This document shows positions 38,079-46,218 of a stretch of 64,000 bases of DNA, one piece after another; within the stretch, counting starts at the first letter, position 1; each line of letters begins with the position of its first letter. The translations under genes were made by a program, and so were the position numbers. The notes below the pieces were generated by a model. The model had not been told where the DNA came from, did no database searches, and saw only the letters and a list, made by a program, of their open reading frames with translations. This DNA is from an uncultured Acidobacteriota bacterium (GTDB lineage Bacteria > Acidobacteriota > Thermoanaerobaculia > Multivoradales > DATKCC01). The stretch spans positions 64,529-128,528 of the forward strand of contig CAWIQD010000009.1 in the NCBI GenBank assembly GCA_963837945.1, in the 5' to 3' direction.

Positions 38079-38648
38079 ATGAGCGACAGACTGCAAGGCA
38101 AGAGGATCGCCATCCTGGTCGCGGACGGCTTCGAGCAGGTCGAGATGACGAGCCCGCGCGAGGCCCTGGAGCAAGCCGGTGCCAAGCCCGAGCTGGTCTC
38201 GCCGTCCGACGGCAAGGTCAAGGGCTGGAACCATACCGAGTGGGGGGACGAGTTCCCGGTCGACCGCCGCCTCGCCGACGCCGAGGCCGACGACTACGAC
38301 GGCCTGGTGCTTCCGGGCGGCGTGATGAACCCGGACCACCTGCGGACCGACGAGACGGCGCGCCGCTTCGTCCGCTCCTTCTTCGAGCAGAGCAAGCCGG
38401 TGGCGGCGATCTGCCATGGCCCGTGGACCCTGATCGACGCCGGCGTCGCCCGCGGCCGCGAGATGACCTCCTACCCTTCGATCCGGACCGACCTCGAGAA
38501 CGCCGGGGTGCACTGGGTCGACCGGGAGGTGGTGGTCGACCACGGCCTGGTGACCAGCCGCAAGCCCGACGACCTGCCCGCCTTCAACGCCAAGATGGTC
38601 GAGGAGATGGCCGAGGGCAAGCACGAGCTCCAGGCGCAGAGCGTCTGA
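38079..38648 (+). CDS. DJ-1/PfpI family protein (class I glutamine amidotransferase-like)
   Basis: [16 protein letters not shown]...YDGLVLPGG...[15 protein letters not shown] with nucleophile-elbow Cys, typical of PfpI/YhbO. Confidence 0.85.
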   Translation: MSDRLQGKRIAILVADGFEQVEMTSPREALEQAGAKPELVSPSDGKVKGWNHTEWGDEFPVDRRLADAEADDYDGLVLPGGVMNPDHLRTDETARRFVRSFFEQSKPVAAICHGPWTLIDAGVARGREMTSYPSIRTDLENAGVHWVDREVVVDHGLVTSRKPDDLPAFNAKMVEEMAEGKHELQAQSV

Positions 38649-38713
38649 TCGATCCGGCGCTTCCGCAGCGTCGTCGCGATGATCTGGGCCGCTCCTCCGC
38701 CAGGAGCGGCCCT

Positions 38714-38926
38714 TTGTCGGTGGCGGACGATCCGATCGTTCTCGCGGTCGACCAGGAGAGGGCCGACACCTACGCCCAGGTGCGCGCCGAGCTGCGGCGG
38801 GCCGGCCGCCCGATTCCGGAGAACGACGTTTGGATCGCGGCGCTCGCCCGGCAGCACGGCCAGGAGGTGGTCAGCCGGGACGGCCACTTCGACTCCGTGG
38901 AGGGTCTCCACCGGATCTCCTGGTAG
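38714..38926 (+). pseudogene. VapC-type PIN-domain toxin remnant (C-terminal half only)
   Basis: …IVLAVDQERADTYAQVRAELRRAGRPIPENDVWIAALARQHGQEVVSRDGHFDSVEGLHRISW aligns to the C-terminal half of VapC. The N-terminal half with the first catalytic Asp residues is missing (the upstream space is occupied by the DJ-1 gene). No antitoxin ORF. Confidence 0.45.
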
Positions 38927-38992
38927 CACCCGCCCGATCGGATCTCCGCCGTAGTAGTCTCGCCGGCGAACCTTTCACCTGGAGGAACCGCG

Positions 38993-39421
38993 ATGGCCGA
39001 CGAGACCATGGAACCCGCCGCCGGCGAGCGGCGCCACGCGCCGCAGTCGCTGCGCCTGCGATCGATTTCCCCCGCCCTGACCGCCGACGACCTGGAGCGG
39101 AGCCTCCGCTTCTATGTCGACGCGGTCGGGTTCACCGTCGAGGATCGCTGGGAGCAGGACGGCAAGCTCCTGGGCGTGATGCTCGTCGCCGGTGCCTGCC
39201 GCATCGGCCTGTCGCAGGACGACTGGGCCAAGGGGCGGGACCGGACGAAGGGCATCGGCTTCCGGATCTTCGCCGAGACGGCGCAGGACCTCGACGCCCT
39301 CGCCGCCCGCCTGCGCGAGCACGGGGTCGAGCCCGACGGCCCCAAGACCGAGCCCTGGGGCGACCGCACGCTCACCGTCACCGACCCCGACGGCTTCAAG
39401 CTCACCCTGACCGCCGTCTGA
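38993..39421 (+). CDS. VOC (glyoxalase/bleomycin-resistance) family protein
   Basis: LRFYVDAVGFTVEDRWEQDGKLLGVML…FRIFAETAQDLDALAARLREHGVE…DPDGFKLTL. Confidence 0.75.
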   Translation: MADETMEPAAGERRHAPQSLRLRSISPALTADDLERSLRFYVDAVGFTVEDRWEQDGKLLGVMLVAGACRIGLSQDDWAKGRDRTKGIGFRIFAETAQDLDALAARLREHGVEPDGPKTEPWGDRTLTVTDPDGFKLTLTAV

Positions 39422-39583
39422 GTGGTCCGTCAACCTTCAATTGACGGGTCCCGACGGTCCTTCACGCCGCTGGCGGCGTTGCTCCTCCTCGACGTAGGCC
39501 CCGCTACGCCTGCGTCGGAGCGCCTGGCCAGCGACGCGAAATCCTCGCCGGATACCTCTGTCAAATGAAGATTGACGGACCAC
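39422..39583. mobile_element. MITE-like element or paired operator: 12-bp perfect inverted termini GTGGTCCGTCAA (extended ~26 bp, 23/26), each terminus itself containing GTCAA-N7-TTGAC
   Basis: gtggtccgtcaaccttcaattgacgg at 39422 and its inverted copy at 39558-39583. Interior carries a GC hairpin ACGCCGC-TG-GCGGCGT. Starts directly at the VOC stop codon. Confidence 0.4.
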
Positions 39584-39627
39584 TGAGGGCCGCCGGCTCC
39601 GTGGTAGAACCGCTCCGGAGGTGAGCC

Positions 39628-39834
39628 ATGACCCGTTCGACGGACGCTGCCCTGAACATCCCCCAGGACGAGGCCGCCGCGATCGCCGCGGCGATCCGGA
39701 GCGAGGCGAGCCCGGTCGGGATCGATGCCGCCAAGACCCACGTGATCATCATCCAGAAGCTCCTCGAGATCGAGCGCCGGCTCGAGCGGATCGAGGACCG
39801 GATCGAGGCGCGGACCGAGAGCCGGCCGGGCTGA
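39628..39834 (+). CDS. small hypothetical protein (68 aa)
   Basis: Coiled-coil-like C-terminus (IIQKLLEIERRLERIEDRIEARTE). GGAGG upstream of the ATG. Confidence 0.35.
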   Translation: MTRSTDAALNIPQDEAAAIAAAIRSEASPVGIDAAKTHVIIIQKLLEIERRLERIEDRIEARTESRPG

Positions 39835-39912
39835 GCTCGCCCGGGCCCGCCCCGGTTTCGCGCGCGGCCGCGCCTGGCGTAAGCTCCCCGGTACCGACCG
39901 AGGAGCGGTGCG

Positions 39913-40689
39913 ATGCCATCGAGCGAAGACGCGCAGAAGGCCGTGGCCGGGCTCTGGCAGGAGCTCCGGACGAATCGGCGTGCCTGGATCGTGCTGGGCC
40001 GCAACCTGGTGCCGGTAGTGGGCGTGCTCGCCTTCGCCTGGTCGGCCGGCCTCGCGCTGTTCGACTACTGGTTCGACGGGCTCTCCGCGGTGGCCGCGAT
40101 CATCGCCGTGATGCTGCCGCGCGCGATCCGTGAGTCCGGTCCCATCGCCCAGGCCGGCCTGGCGCGCAAGCTCGTGACCGGCGTCTTCGTCTGGGGTGTC
40201 CTGATGGTGTTCGTCGCCCTCCCCTACTGGATCGTCCTGATCCCGCTCCACCGCGTCCTGCTCGATCCCGACCTCTGGACCCTGATCCGGCAGGAGCCCT
40301 CGGTCTGGGTGGGGCTCCTCTGGGTTGCCGGCAGCAACTCGTGGACCGCCGTCCGGCGCCGCTACGCCGCCCTGCCCGACAAGGAGATGAAGCAGGCGCT
40401 GCGCTGGGACGTCTACCTGCTGATCCTGCGCGCCATGGCCATGTTCCTGCTGGCGATCCCGGCGTTCCCGCTCGGCATGCTCGTCGTGATGGCGCTGGTC
40501 ATGACCTGGCTCGAGGTCTTCCCGGCGCGGGCCCTGCGCGCGACGTTCGGCGACCCGGAACGGCTGTGGGATTATGACCCGGCCGAGGAGCGGGAGCGCC
40601 GGGTGGCGGCGCGCCCGGCGAAGGCGGCGCTCGTCGCGCCGGCCGGGGCCCCGGCCGGCGCCCGGAAGCGCCGCCGGTCGCGGCGCTGA
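39913..40689 (+). CDS. hypothetical integral membrane protein (258 aa)
   Basis: Six or more predicted TM segments. Basic C-terminal tail. Confidence 0.5.
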   Translation: MPSSEDAQKAVAGLWQELRTNRRAWIVLGRNLVPVVGVLAFAWSAGLALFDYWFDGLSAVAAIIAVMLPRAIRESGPIAQAGLARKLVTGVFVWGVLMVFVALPYWIVLIPLHRVLLDPDLWTLIRQEPSVWVGLLWVAGSNSWTAVRRRYAALPDKEMKQALRWDVYLLILRAMAMFLLAIPAFPLGMLVVMALVMTWLEVFPARALRATFGDPERLWDYDPAEERERRVAARPAKAALVAPAGAPAGARKRRRSRR

Positions 40690-40697
40690 GCGGGAGC

Positions 40698-40718
40698 TCG
40701 ACGGCACCGATCTTGAAC
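40698..40718 (+). promoter_or_regulatory. conserved 20-nt motif CGACGGCACCGATCTTGAAC, copy 2, ~28 nt upstream of the aconitase start
   Basis: Identical to the copy at 37913. Followed by GGAGAGGAG RBS and ATG at 40747. Confidence 0.3.
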
Positions 40719-40746
40719 GCTCCTGCGGGCGGAGAGGAGCGCCTCG

Positions 40747-42699
40747 ATGCCGGACAACGTGACCCAGAAGCTGATCCGCTCGCACCTTGCCGTCGGCGAG
40801 ATGGAGCCGGGCTCGGAGATCGGGCTCAGGATCGACCAGACCCTGACCCAGGATGCCACCGGCACCATGGTGATGCTCGAGCTCGAGGCCATGGACGTCG
40901 ATCGCGTGGCGACCGAGGTCTCGGTCCAGTACGTCGACCACAACCTCCTCCAGACCGACTTCAAGAACGCGGACGACCACCTGTTCCTGCGCTCGGCCTG
41001 CCGGCGCTTCGGGGTCTGGTTCTCGAAGCCGGGCAACGGTGTGTCCCACCCGGTGCACATGGAGCACTTCGGCGCGCCCGGCAAGACCCTGGTCGGCTCG
41101 GACAGCCACACGCCCGCCGGCGGCGCCCTGGGGATGCTCGCCGTCGGCTCGGGCGGGATCGACGTGGCGCTGGCGATGATCGGCGAGCCGCTCTACTTGA
41201 AGATGCCGCGGGTGATGGGCGTCCGGCTGACCGGCTCGCTGCCGGACTGGGTGAGCGCCAAGGACGTGGTGCTCGAGATGCTCCGCCGCCACGACGTCGA
41301 CGGCGGCCGGGGCAAGGTGATCGAGTACCACGGCCCCGGCCTCGCGCACCTTTCGGCCTGGGATCGGCACGTGATCGCCAACATGGGGACCGAGCTCGGG
41401 GCGACCAGCACCGTGTTCCCGGCGGACGAGGAGGTGCGGCGCTTCCTGCGCGCCCACCACCGGGAGGAAGCCTTCCGCGAGCTGGTGGCCGACGAGGGCT
41501 CGGCCTACGACGAGGAGGACGAGATCGACCTCTCGGAGCTCGAGCCGCTCATCGCTTGTCCGTCGTCGCCGGGCAACGTGGTGCCGGTGCGCGAGGTGGC
41601 GGGCAAGCCGATCTACCAGGCCTACGTCGGCTCCTCGGCGAACCCCGGGCCGCGCGACTTCTGGCTTCCCGCCCAGGTGGTCCGCGGCCGGATGACCCAT
41701 CCCCGAGTCTCCTTCGACGTCACGCCGAGCTCGCGCCAGATCTTCCAGGGCCTGGCCGAGGCGGGCGTGCTCCAGGCCCTCTACGCTGCCGGCGCCCGCC
41801 TCCACCAGGCCGGCTGCGGCGGCTGCATCGGCATGGGGCAGGCGCCCGCGAGCGGAGGCATCAGCCTGCGGACGGTGCCGCGGAACTTTCCCGGACGCTC
41901 GGGCACCCCCGACGACCTCGTCTACCTGTGCAGCCCGGAGACCGCGGTCGCCTCGGCGCTGACCGGCGAGATCACCGACCCGCGGGAGCTCCCCGACCGC
42001 CTGGGGATCGCCTACCCGCGCTGGCGCGAGCCCGAGAGCGTCGCGACCAACGACCTGATGCTCGAGGAGCCGCCGGCAAACGGCGCGGACGTGGAGCTGG
42101 TCAAAGGGCCCAACATCCGGGACTTCCCGTCCTTCGAGCCACTGGTCGACCGCTTCCGGGTTCCGGTGCTCCTCAAGGTGGGCGACGACGTCTCGACCGA
42201 CGAGATCATGCCGGCCGGCGAGAACGTCCTCCCCTTCCGCTCGAACATCCCAAGAATCAGCGACTTCGTCTACTACCTGAAGCGCGAGGGCTTCGCGGAC
42301 GCGGCGCGCGCCGCGAAGGAGGCGCACGGCGGCCACGTGGTCCTGGCCGGCGAGAACTACGCCCAGGGCTCCTCGCGCGAGCACGCCGCGATCGCCCCGC
42401 GCTATCTGGGCCAGGTGGCGGTCCTCGCCAAGAGCTACGCTCGGATCGGCTGGCAGAACCTCGCGAACTTCGGGATCGTGCCGCTCGAGCTCGCGGACGG
42501 CGAGGACTACGACCGGATCGAGGAGGGCGACGAGCTCGAGGTCGAGGGGCTCAGGCAGGCCCTCCAGGGAGGCGGCGAGGTCACCGTCCACGACCGCACC
42601 CGGGGCTTCGACGTCCGGGCCACCCACACCCTTTCCGAGCGCCAGGTGAAGGTGATCCTCGAAGGCGGGATCGTCAACTACTTCAAGGCGAGGCTATGA
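40747..42699 (+). CDS. aconitate hydratase (650-aa putative-aconitase family)
   Basis: Aconitase family motifs VGSDSHTPAGGALGMLAVGSGGID, Fe-S ligands around IACPSSPGN and GCGGCIGMGQ, swivel-domain C-terminus. ~650 aa. Confidence 0.85.
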   Translation: MPDNVTQKLIRSHLAVGEMEPGSEIGLRIDQTLTQDATGTMVMLELEAMDVDRVATEVSVQYVDHNLLQTDFKNADDHLFLRSACRRFGVWFSKPGNGVSHPVHMEHFGAPGKTLVGSDSHTPAGGALGMLAVGSGGIDVALAMIGEPLYLKMPRVMGVRLTGSLPDWVSAKDVVLEMLRRHDVDGGRGKVIEYHGPGLAHLSAWDRHVIANMGTELGATSTVFPADEEVRRFLRAHHREEAFRELVADEGSAYDEEDEIDLSELEPLIACPSSPGNVVPVREVAGKPIYQAYVGSSANPGPRDFWLPAQVVRGRMTHPRVSFDVTPSSRQIFQGLAEAGVLQALYAAGARLHQAGCGGCIGMGQAPASGGISLRTVPRNFPGRSGTPDDLVYLCSPETAVASALTGEITDPRELPDRLGIAYPRWREPESVATNDLMLEEPPANGADVELVKGPNIRDFPSFEPLVDRFRVPVLLKVGDDVSTDEIMPAGENVLPFRSNIPRISDFVYYLKREGFADAARAAKEAHGGHVVLAGENYAQGSSREHAAIAPRYLGQVAVLAKSYARIGWQNLANFGIVPLELADGEDYDRIEEGDELEVEGLRQALQGGGEVTVHDRTRGFDVRATHTLSERQVKVILEGGIVNYFKARL

Positions 42700-42750
42700 G
42701 CCCTGTCACGCATGGATGCTCCGTGGGCCGAGGCACACACTGCCAGAAGA

Positions 42751-42777
42751 CCTGGGGCCGGTGAGACACCGGCCCCA
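42751..42777. terminator. bidirectional intrinsic terminator hairpin CTGGGGCCGGTG-AGA-CACCGGCCCCAG between convergent genes
   Basis: 12-bp perfect stem, 3-nt loop, located between the aconitase stop (42699) and the stop of the minus-strand gene (42825). Confidence 0.5.
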
Positions 42778-42824
42778 GGTCGATCGTCACCTGCCTGTGC
42801 TTGCGCGCGTCGGACCCGCGGTCA

Positions 42825-43928
42825 CTAGACGCAGTGGGGCTCGCCTTCCTCGCCGACACCGCAGCAGCACTGCGGCACGACCACCACGGAGTCCCGCAAG
42901 CTCAGCCGGCCGGCCGGCGACACGGTCGCCCGACCGAAGACCACCGTCCGGTGCCTTCGGGCGTCGGCGTACTGGAGCGCCACGTGATCCGTGAGCGCGC
43001 TGCGGACCGCGGAGTTCCCCTGTGGGTCCGAGGAGTCCAGGATCAGCATCCGGTCGACCCCGCCGGCCTTCGCCACCTCCGCCCGGAACCAGAACTCCTG
43101 GGCGCCGGAACGGTCCCGCCAGTCGACGGGTAGATCGAGAGGCGCCAAGTGAGGCGTGGGCATGAAGCGCTGGTTGTGAGGATGCTCCCCCGCCTCCACG
43201 ACCAGGACCGTGGTGCTGGTCCCATGCGGCTGGTAATAGCGGTCCAGAGAGCCTTCCACGTGGGCGACGAAGGCGTCGGACGAGGCGAACTCGACCCGCG
43301 GCTCGCCGGTATCGGAAGAGATCACGGCCCACTCCGGGGACAGGTACCGTCCATCGGATCGCTCGAACGTCCTCGAGAGCCCGAGGCCCGCCGCCTCGGC
43401 GGCCTCGGGCGCGAGCGTCGCGCCGCCGCCGGTCATGATGGTAGTCGTCGTTGCGCCCGGCACGACCGCGCAACCGCCACCGCCGCCACCACCGCCGCCA
43501 CCGCCGCCGCCACCCGACGGTTGACAGTAGGCTCCGACCAAGCTCGAGAGGTCCGAGTCCAGCCACTCCTTGATGCCGACGAAAGTGGTCCCGAATTTAC
43601 TGGTGCTGTTCCAGGTACCGGAGCAGGTGGAGAAGGTACGACTGTACGACAGCCAGGCGCCGAGGTCCGGACTGCCTTCGACCTTGTCGTTGCTCGCGAC
43701 CTGCTGGCCGTTGTCGAGGGTCGTGGACCGGAGGATCATCGTCCTCGAGTTGATGCAGTCCGACTTGGTGATCTGGCCGAAGTGATCGCTTCTGATGAGT
43801 CCGTCGCTGGCTAAGATGCCGGCAGCTGCCCTGCCAGCGAAGCACTGTGCGTCCGCGCCACCCGCCCCTGCGAGGCCCGCGACGACGGTCCAGGCGAAGA
43901 TGCCGAGGGTCCAGCACGCCCCCCTCAT
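42825..43928 (-). CDS. secreted hypothetical protein, 367 aa: Cys-containing N-domain, 14-residue poly-Gly linker, ~220-aa C-domain ending PQCCCGVGEEGEPHCV
   Basis: Signal peptide MRGACWTLGIFAWTVVAGLAGAGGADA. (GGN)14 tract at ~43470-43515. Local GC ~55% versus ~70% background. No family recognised. Confidence 0.55.
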   Translation of the reverse strand: MRGACWTLGIFAWTVVAGLAGAGGADAQCFAGRAAAGILASDGLIRSDHFGQITKSDCINSRTMILRSTTLDNGQQVASNDKVEGSPDLGAWLSYSRTFSTCSGTWNSTSKFGTTFVGIKEWLDSDLSSLVGAYCQPSGGGGGGGGGGGGGGCAVVPGATTTTIMTGGGATLAPEAAEAAGLGLSRTFERSDGRYLSPEWAVISSDTGEPRVEFASSDAFVAHVEGSLDRYYQPHGTSTTVLVVEAGEHPHNQRFMPTPHLAPLDLPVDWRDRSGAQEFWFRAEVAKAGGVDRMLILDSSDPQGNSAVRSALTDHVALQYADARRHRTVVFGRATVSPAGRLSLRDSVVVVPQCCCGVGEEGEPHCV

Positions 43929-44605
43929 CGGCCACCTCCCCGCGACCCACGCTGGAGCACCGCCTGCAGCGGCACGCCGTATTCCTGTCGGAAGCTCTCC
44001 TCGAACGCCGCGGACTCCTTGTCGAGCTGCTCCATCGTGGGCGGACCCGTCTCCCAGAAGGCCGAGACACTGTAGCTGTCGGCGATCCGGGCGAGGAAGT
44101 GGTCCGTGTCCTGGCCCTCGTCGCTCAAGTGGGCCAGCCAGGCGCCGAGCACTCCACCTGTAAAGGCGGCCCGCTCGATCAGGAACGCGTCCCCCGCCTC
44201 GTCGATCTTCTTCGGCTGTCCCGCGAGCTCGTGCAGCATCTTCCTGCCCCGTGCTCCCTGGTCCTCGTCGAAGTCGCCGTAGAGAGAGGTCAGGACTTCC
44301 AGATCCTCATCGGTCGCGGTAAGCCCGAGGCCCCTCAGGAACTGCTTCAAGAAGTCGGGTTCGTCGCGGGCCTGCTTGTCGATCTGGCTGACAAACGTGG
44401 AAAGCCGCATGCCGACCGGGAGGTCCTTATCGGACAAGGTCTTCACCACGGTCTGTGCCAACTCTGCCTCCGGTGGCCGCTGCGCCGAGAGCGGCCCGGC
44501 GACCAGCCAGCCCGCGCCACCCAGGGCGACGAGTACTACAGACAATCCGTGCCTCTTCAAGATCCTTTCCCCTTTCTCGATCCGTTGACGGAGCCGCGAC
44601 GGCAT
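43925..44605 (-). CDS. hypothetical protein with N-terminal TM/signal anchor, 226 aa
   Basis: LSVVLVALGGAGWLVAGPLSA hydrophobic segment, then acidic soluble domain. ATGA overlap with the downstream gene. Lower-GC. Confidence 0.5.
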   Translation of the reverse strand: MPSRLRQRIEKGERILKRHGLSVVLVALGGAGWLVAGPLSAQRPPEAELAQTVVKTLSDKDLPVGMRLSTFVSQIDKQARDEPDFLKQFLRGLGLTATDEDLEVLTSLYGDFDEDQGARGRKMLHELAGQPKKIDEAGDAFLIERAAFTGGVLGAWLAHLSDEGQDTDHFLARIADSYSVSAFWETGPPTMEQLDKESAAFEESFRQEYGVPLQAVLQRGSRGGGR

Positions 44606-44700
44606 GCACAGGACGACTCAGGACAGGCGCGCCGCCGCACTGCCCGGCGACCGGTGCCGCGAGGCCAGGCAGAAGCCCTACACAATCCTTGTATATCCGT

Positions 44701-44729
44701 ATACTAGACGATTCGACATGATCTGTCAA
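44701..44729 (-). promoter_or_regulatory. near-consensus sigma-70 promoter TTGACA-17 bp-TAGTAT on the minus strand
   Basis: Plus-strand tgtcaa (44724-44729) and atacta (44701-44706). Read on the minus strand: TTGACAgatcatgtcgaatcgtcTAGTAT. AT-rich context (~45% GC). ~90-nt leader to the ATG at 44605. Confidence 0.45.
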
Positions 44730-44772
44730 CACGACCGGATGTCGTCTCGACGCATCGTCGGTTCCGGGCGCC

Positions 44773-46218
44773 CTACCCGGTCTCGCGGCGCAGGCCGATC
44801 CCGAGGCGCAGGCGGGCGACACAGCCCCGGCCGCCCCGGCGCTCCTCCAGGGTGACGGTGCCGCCGTGCGCCTCAGCGATCTGGCGCGAGAGCACCAGGC
44901 CGATGCCGGTGCCGCGCGGCTTGGTGGTGTAGAAGGGGACGAAGAGGTTTTCGGGGTTCGAGAGGCCCGGCCCGGAGTCCTCCACCCAGACCTCCACCCC
45001 CGACTCGCCCGGCCCCCACCCCATGCGCACCCCGCCGCCGGTCTCGAGCGAGGCCTCGGCGGCGTTCTGCACCAGGTTGATCAGCGCCTGCTCGAGCTGG
45101 TCCGGGTCGGCGGGCAGGGTGAGGTCCGGGCCGGCTTCGACCGTGACCGGCACCCGCCACTCGAGCGCCGCCACCCGCCGGACGAGGGGCGCGATCTCGG
45201 TCTCCCGGATCGACGGCGGGGGCAGGCGCGCCAGGCGGGAGTACGCGGCGAGAAAGCGCGCCAGGGCTTCCGAGCGACCCGAGATCATGCCGAGCGAGCG
45301 GCGGGTGTCGGCCTCCCAGTCGGCGGGCCGCGGGTCCCGGTCGAGCAGGTTGGCCAGGGTCTCGGCGGTCGACTTGATCGGCGCGAGCGAGTTGTTGAGC
45401 TCGTGGCCGAGCACCCGGATCAGGCGCTTCCAGGCCTGGCGTTCCTCTTCGCGCAGGGGGCGGGAGAGATCCGAGAGCACGATCAGCCGGACCGGCAGGC
45501 CGTCCTTGCGAAAGCCGCTCCGGCGCACGTCCCAGCGCGCGGCGCGGCCCGGGAAGGCGCGGTCGACCAGGCGGTTCGCTTCGCCGGTCAGGAACTCCGC
45601 GAGGCCGAGCTCGGCCGCCGAGCTCCCGAGGACGGTCTCGGCCGGCCGCGCGAGGAGGCGCGCGCCGGCGCGATTGACCACCTGCAGGCGCTCGTCGCCG
45701 TCGAAGGCGAAGACCGCGACGTCGATCGCGTCGATCACCTTGCGCAGGAGCACCGTCGCCTCCATGGCTCCGAGCCGCTGCTCGCGGAGGATCGCGCCCA
45801 GGGCGTTGACCTCGGTCATCACCTCCTCCATCGGGCCGCCGCCCAGGGCGGTTCGGGCGCGCAGCGAGAAGTCGCCTTCGCGCAGCGCCTCGAGGAGGTT
45901 CGCCAGGGTGTTCAAGGTGTAGGAGAGGCGGCGCAGGAGCACGATCGGCAAGCCGACGGCCAGGCCGAGCAGCAGCAGGGTGGCGCCGACCGCCAGCGGG
46001 CCCTCGATCCGGTCCCAGAGCAGCGCGAGCGCCAGCGCCGCGGCCGGCAGGCCGGCCCCGAGGGCGAGCAGGAAGAGGCGGAGCTCGAACGCGAGGCGGG
46101 GCGGTCGCTCCTCGTCCGCGGCGGCGGCGGCGTCGCCGGGGACCTCGATGGCCGGCGGCCCGGCGTCGCCCGTCTCGCCGCCCTCGTCCGGCGTCGAGTC
46201 CGACCCCGGCCCGCTCAT
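44773..46218 (-). CDS. sensor histidine kinase (NtrB-like: membrane anchor, HAMP/PAS region, HisKA, HATPase_c)
   Basis: H-box RVLGHELNNSLAPI, N/G1/G2 boxes (LINLVQNAAEA, VEDSGPGL, GTGIGLVLS). ATGA overlap with the upstream response regulator. Confidence 0.8.
   Translation of the reverse strand: MSGPGSDSTPDEGGETGDAGPPAIEVPGDAAAAADEERPPRLAFELRLFLLALGAGLPAAALALALLWDRIEGPLAVGATLLLLGLAVGLPIVLLRRLSYTLNTLANLLEALREGDFSLRARTALGGGPMEEVMTEVNALGAILREQRLGAMEATVLLRKVIDAIDVAVFAFDGDERLQVVNRAGARLLARPAETVLGSSAAELGLAEFLTGEANRLVDRAFPGRAARWDVRRSGFRKDGLPVRLIVLSDLSRPLREEERQAWKRLIRVLGHELNNSLAPIKSTAETLANLLDRDPRPADWEADTRRSLGMISGRSEALARFLAAYSRLARLPPPSIRETEIAPLVRRVAALEWRVPVTVEAGPDLTLPADPDQLEQALINLVQNAAEASLETGGGVRMGWGPGESGVEVWVEDSGPGLSNPENLFVPFYTTKPRGTGIGLVLSRQIAEAHGGTVTLEERRGGRGCVARLRLGIGLRRETG

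Noticed and set aside
35027-38221. 1064-aa minus ORF upstream extension beyond the mutase start at 36628
   Set aside because: The extension is out of frame to the well-conserved M24 peptidase and reads as Arg/Pro-rich text. The mutase has a clear ATG at 36628 matching the family N-terminus.
39430-42627. 1065-aa minus ORF antisense to the aconitase gene
   Set aside because: Antisense to a highly conserved aconitase. Low-complexity translation.
44606-44772. sigma-54 promoter for the low-GC island (expected because of the adjacent NtrC-like regulator)
   Set aside because: No GG-N10-GC element with acceptable flanks on the minus strand. A near-consensus sigma-70 -35/-10 pair is present instead.
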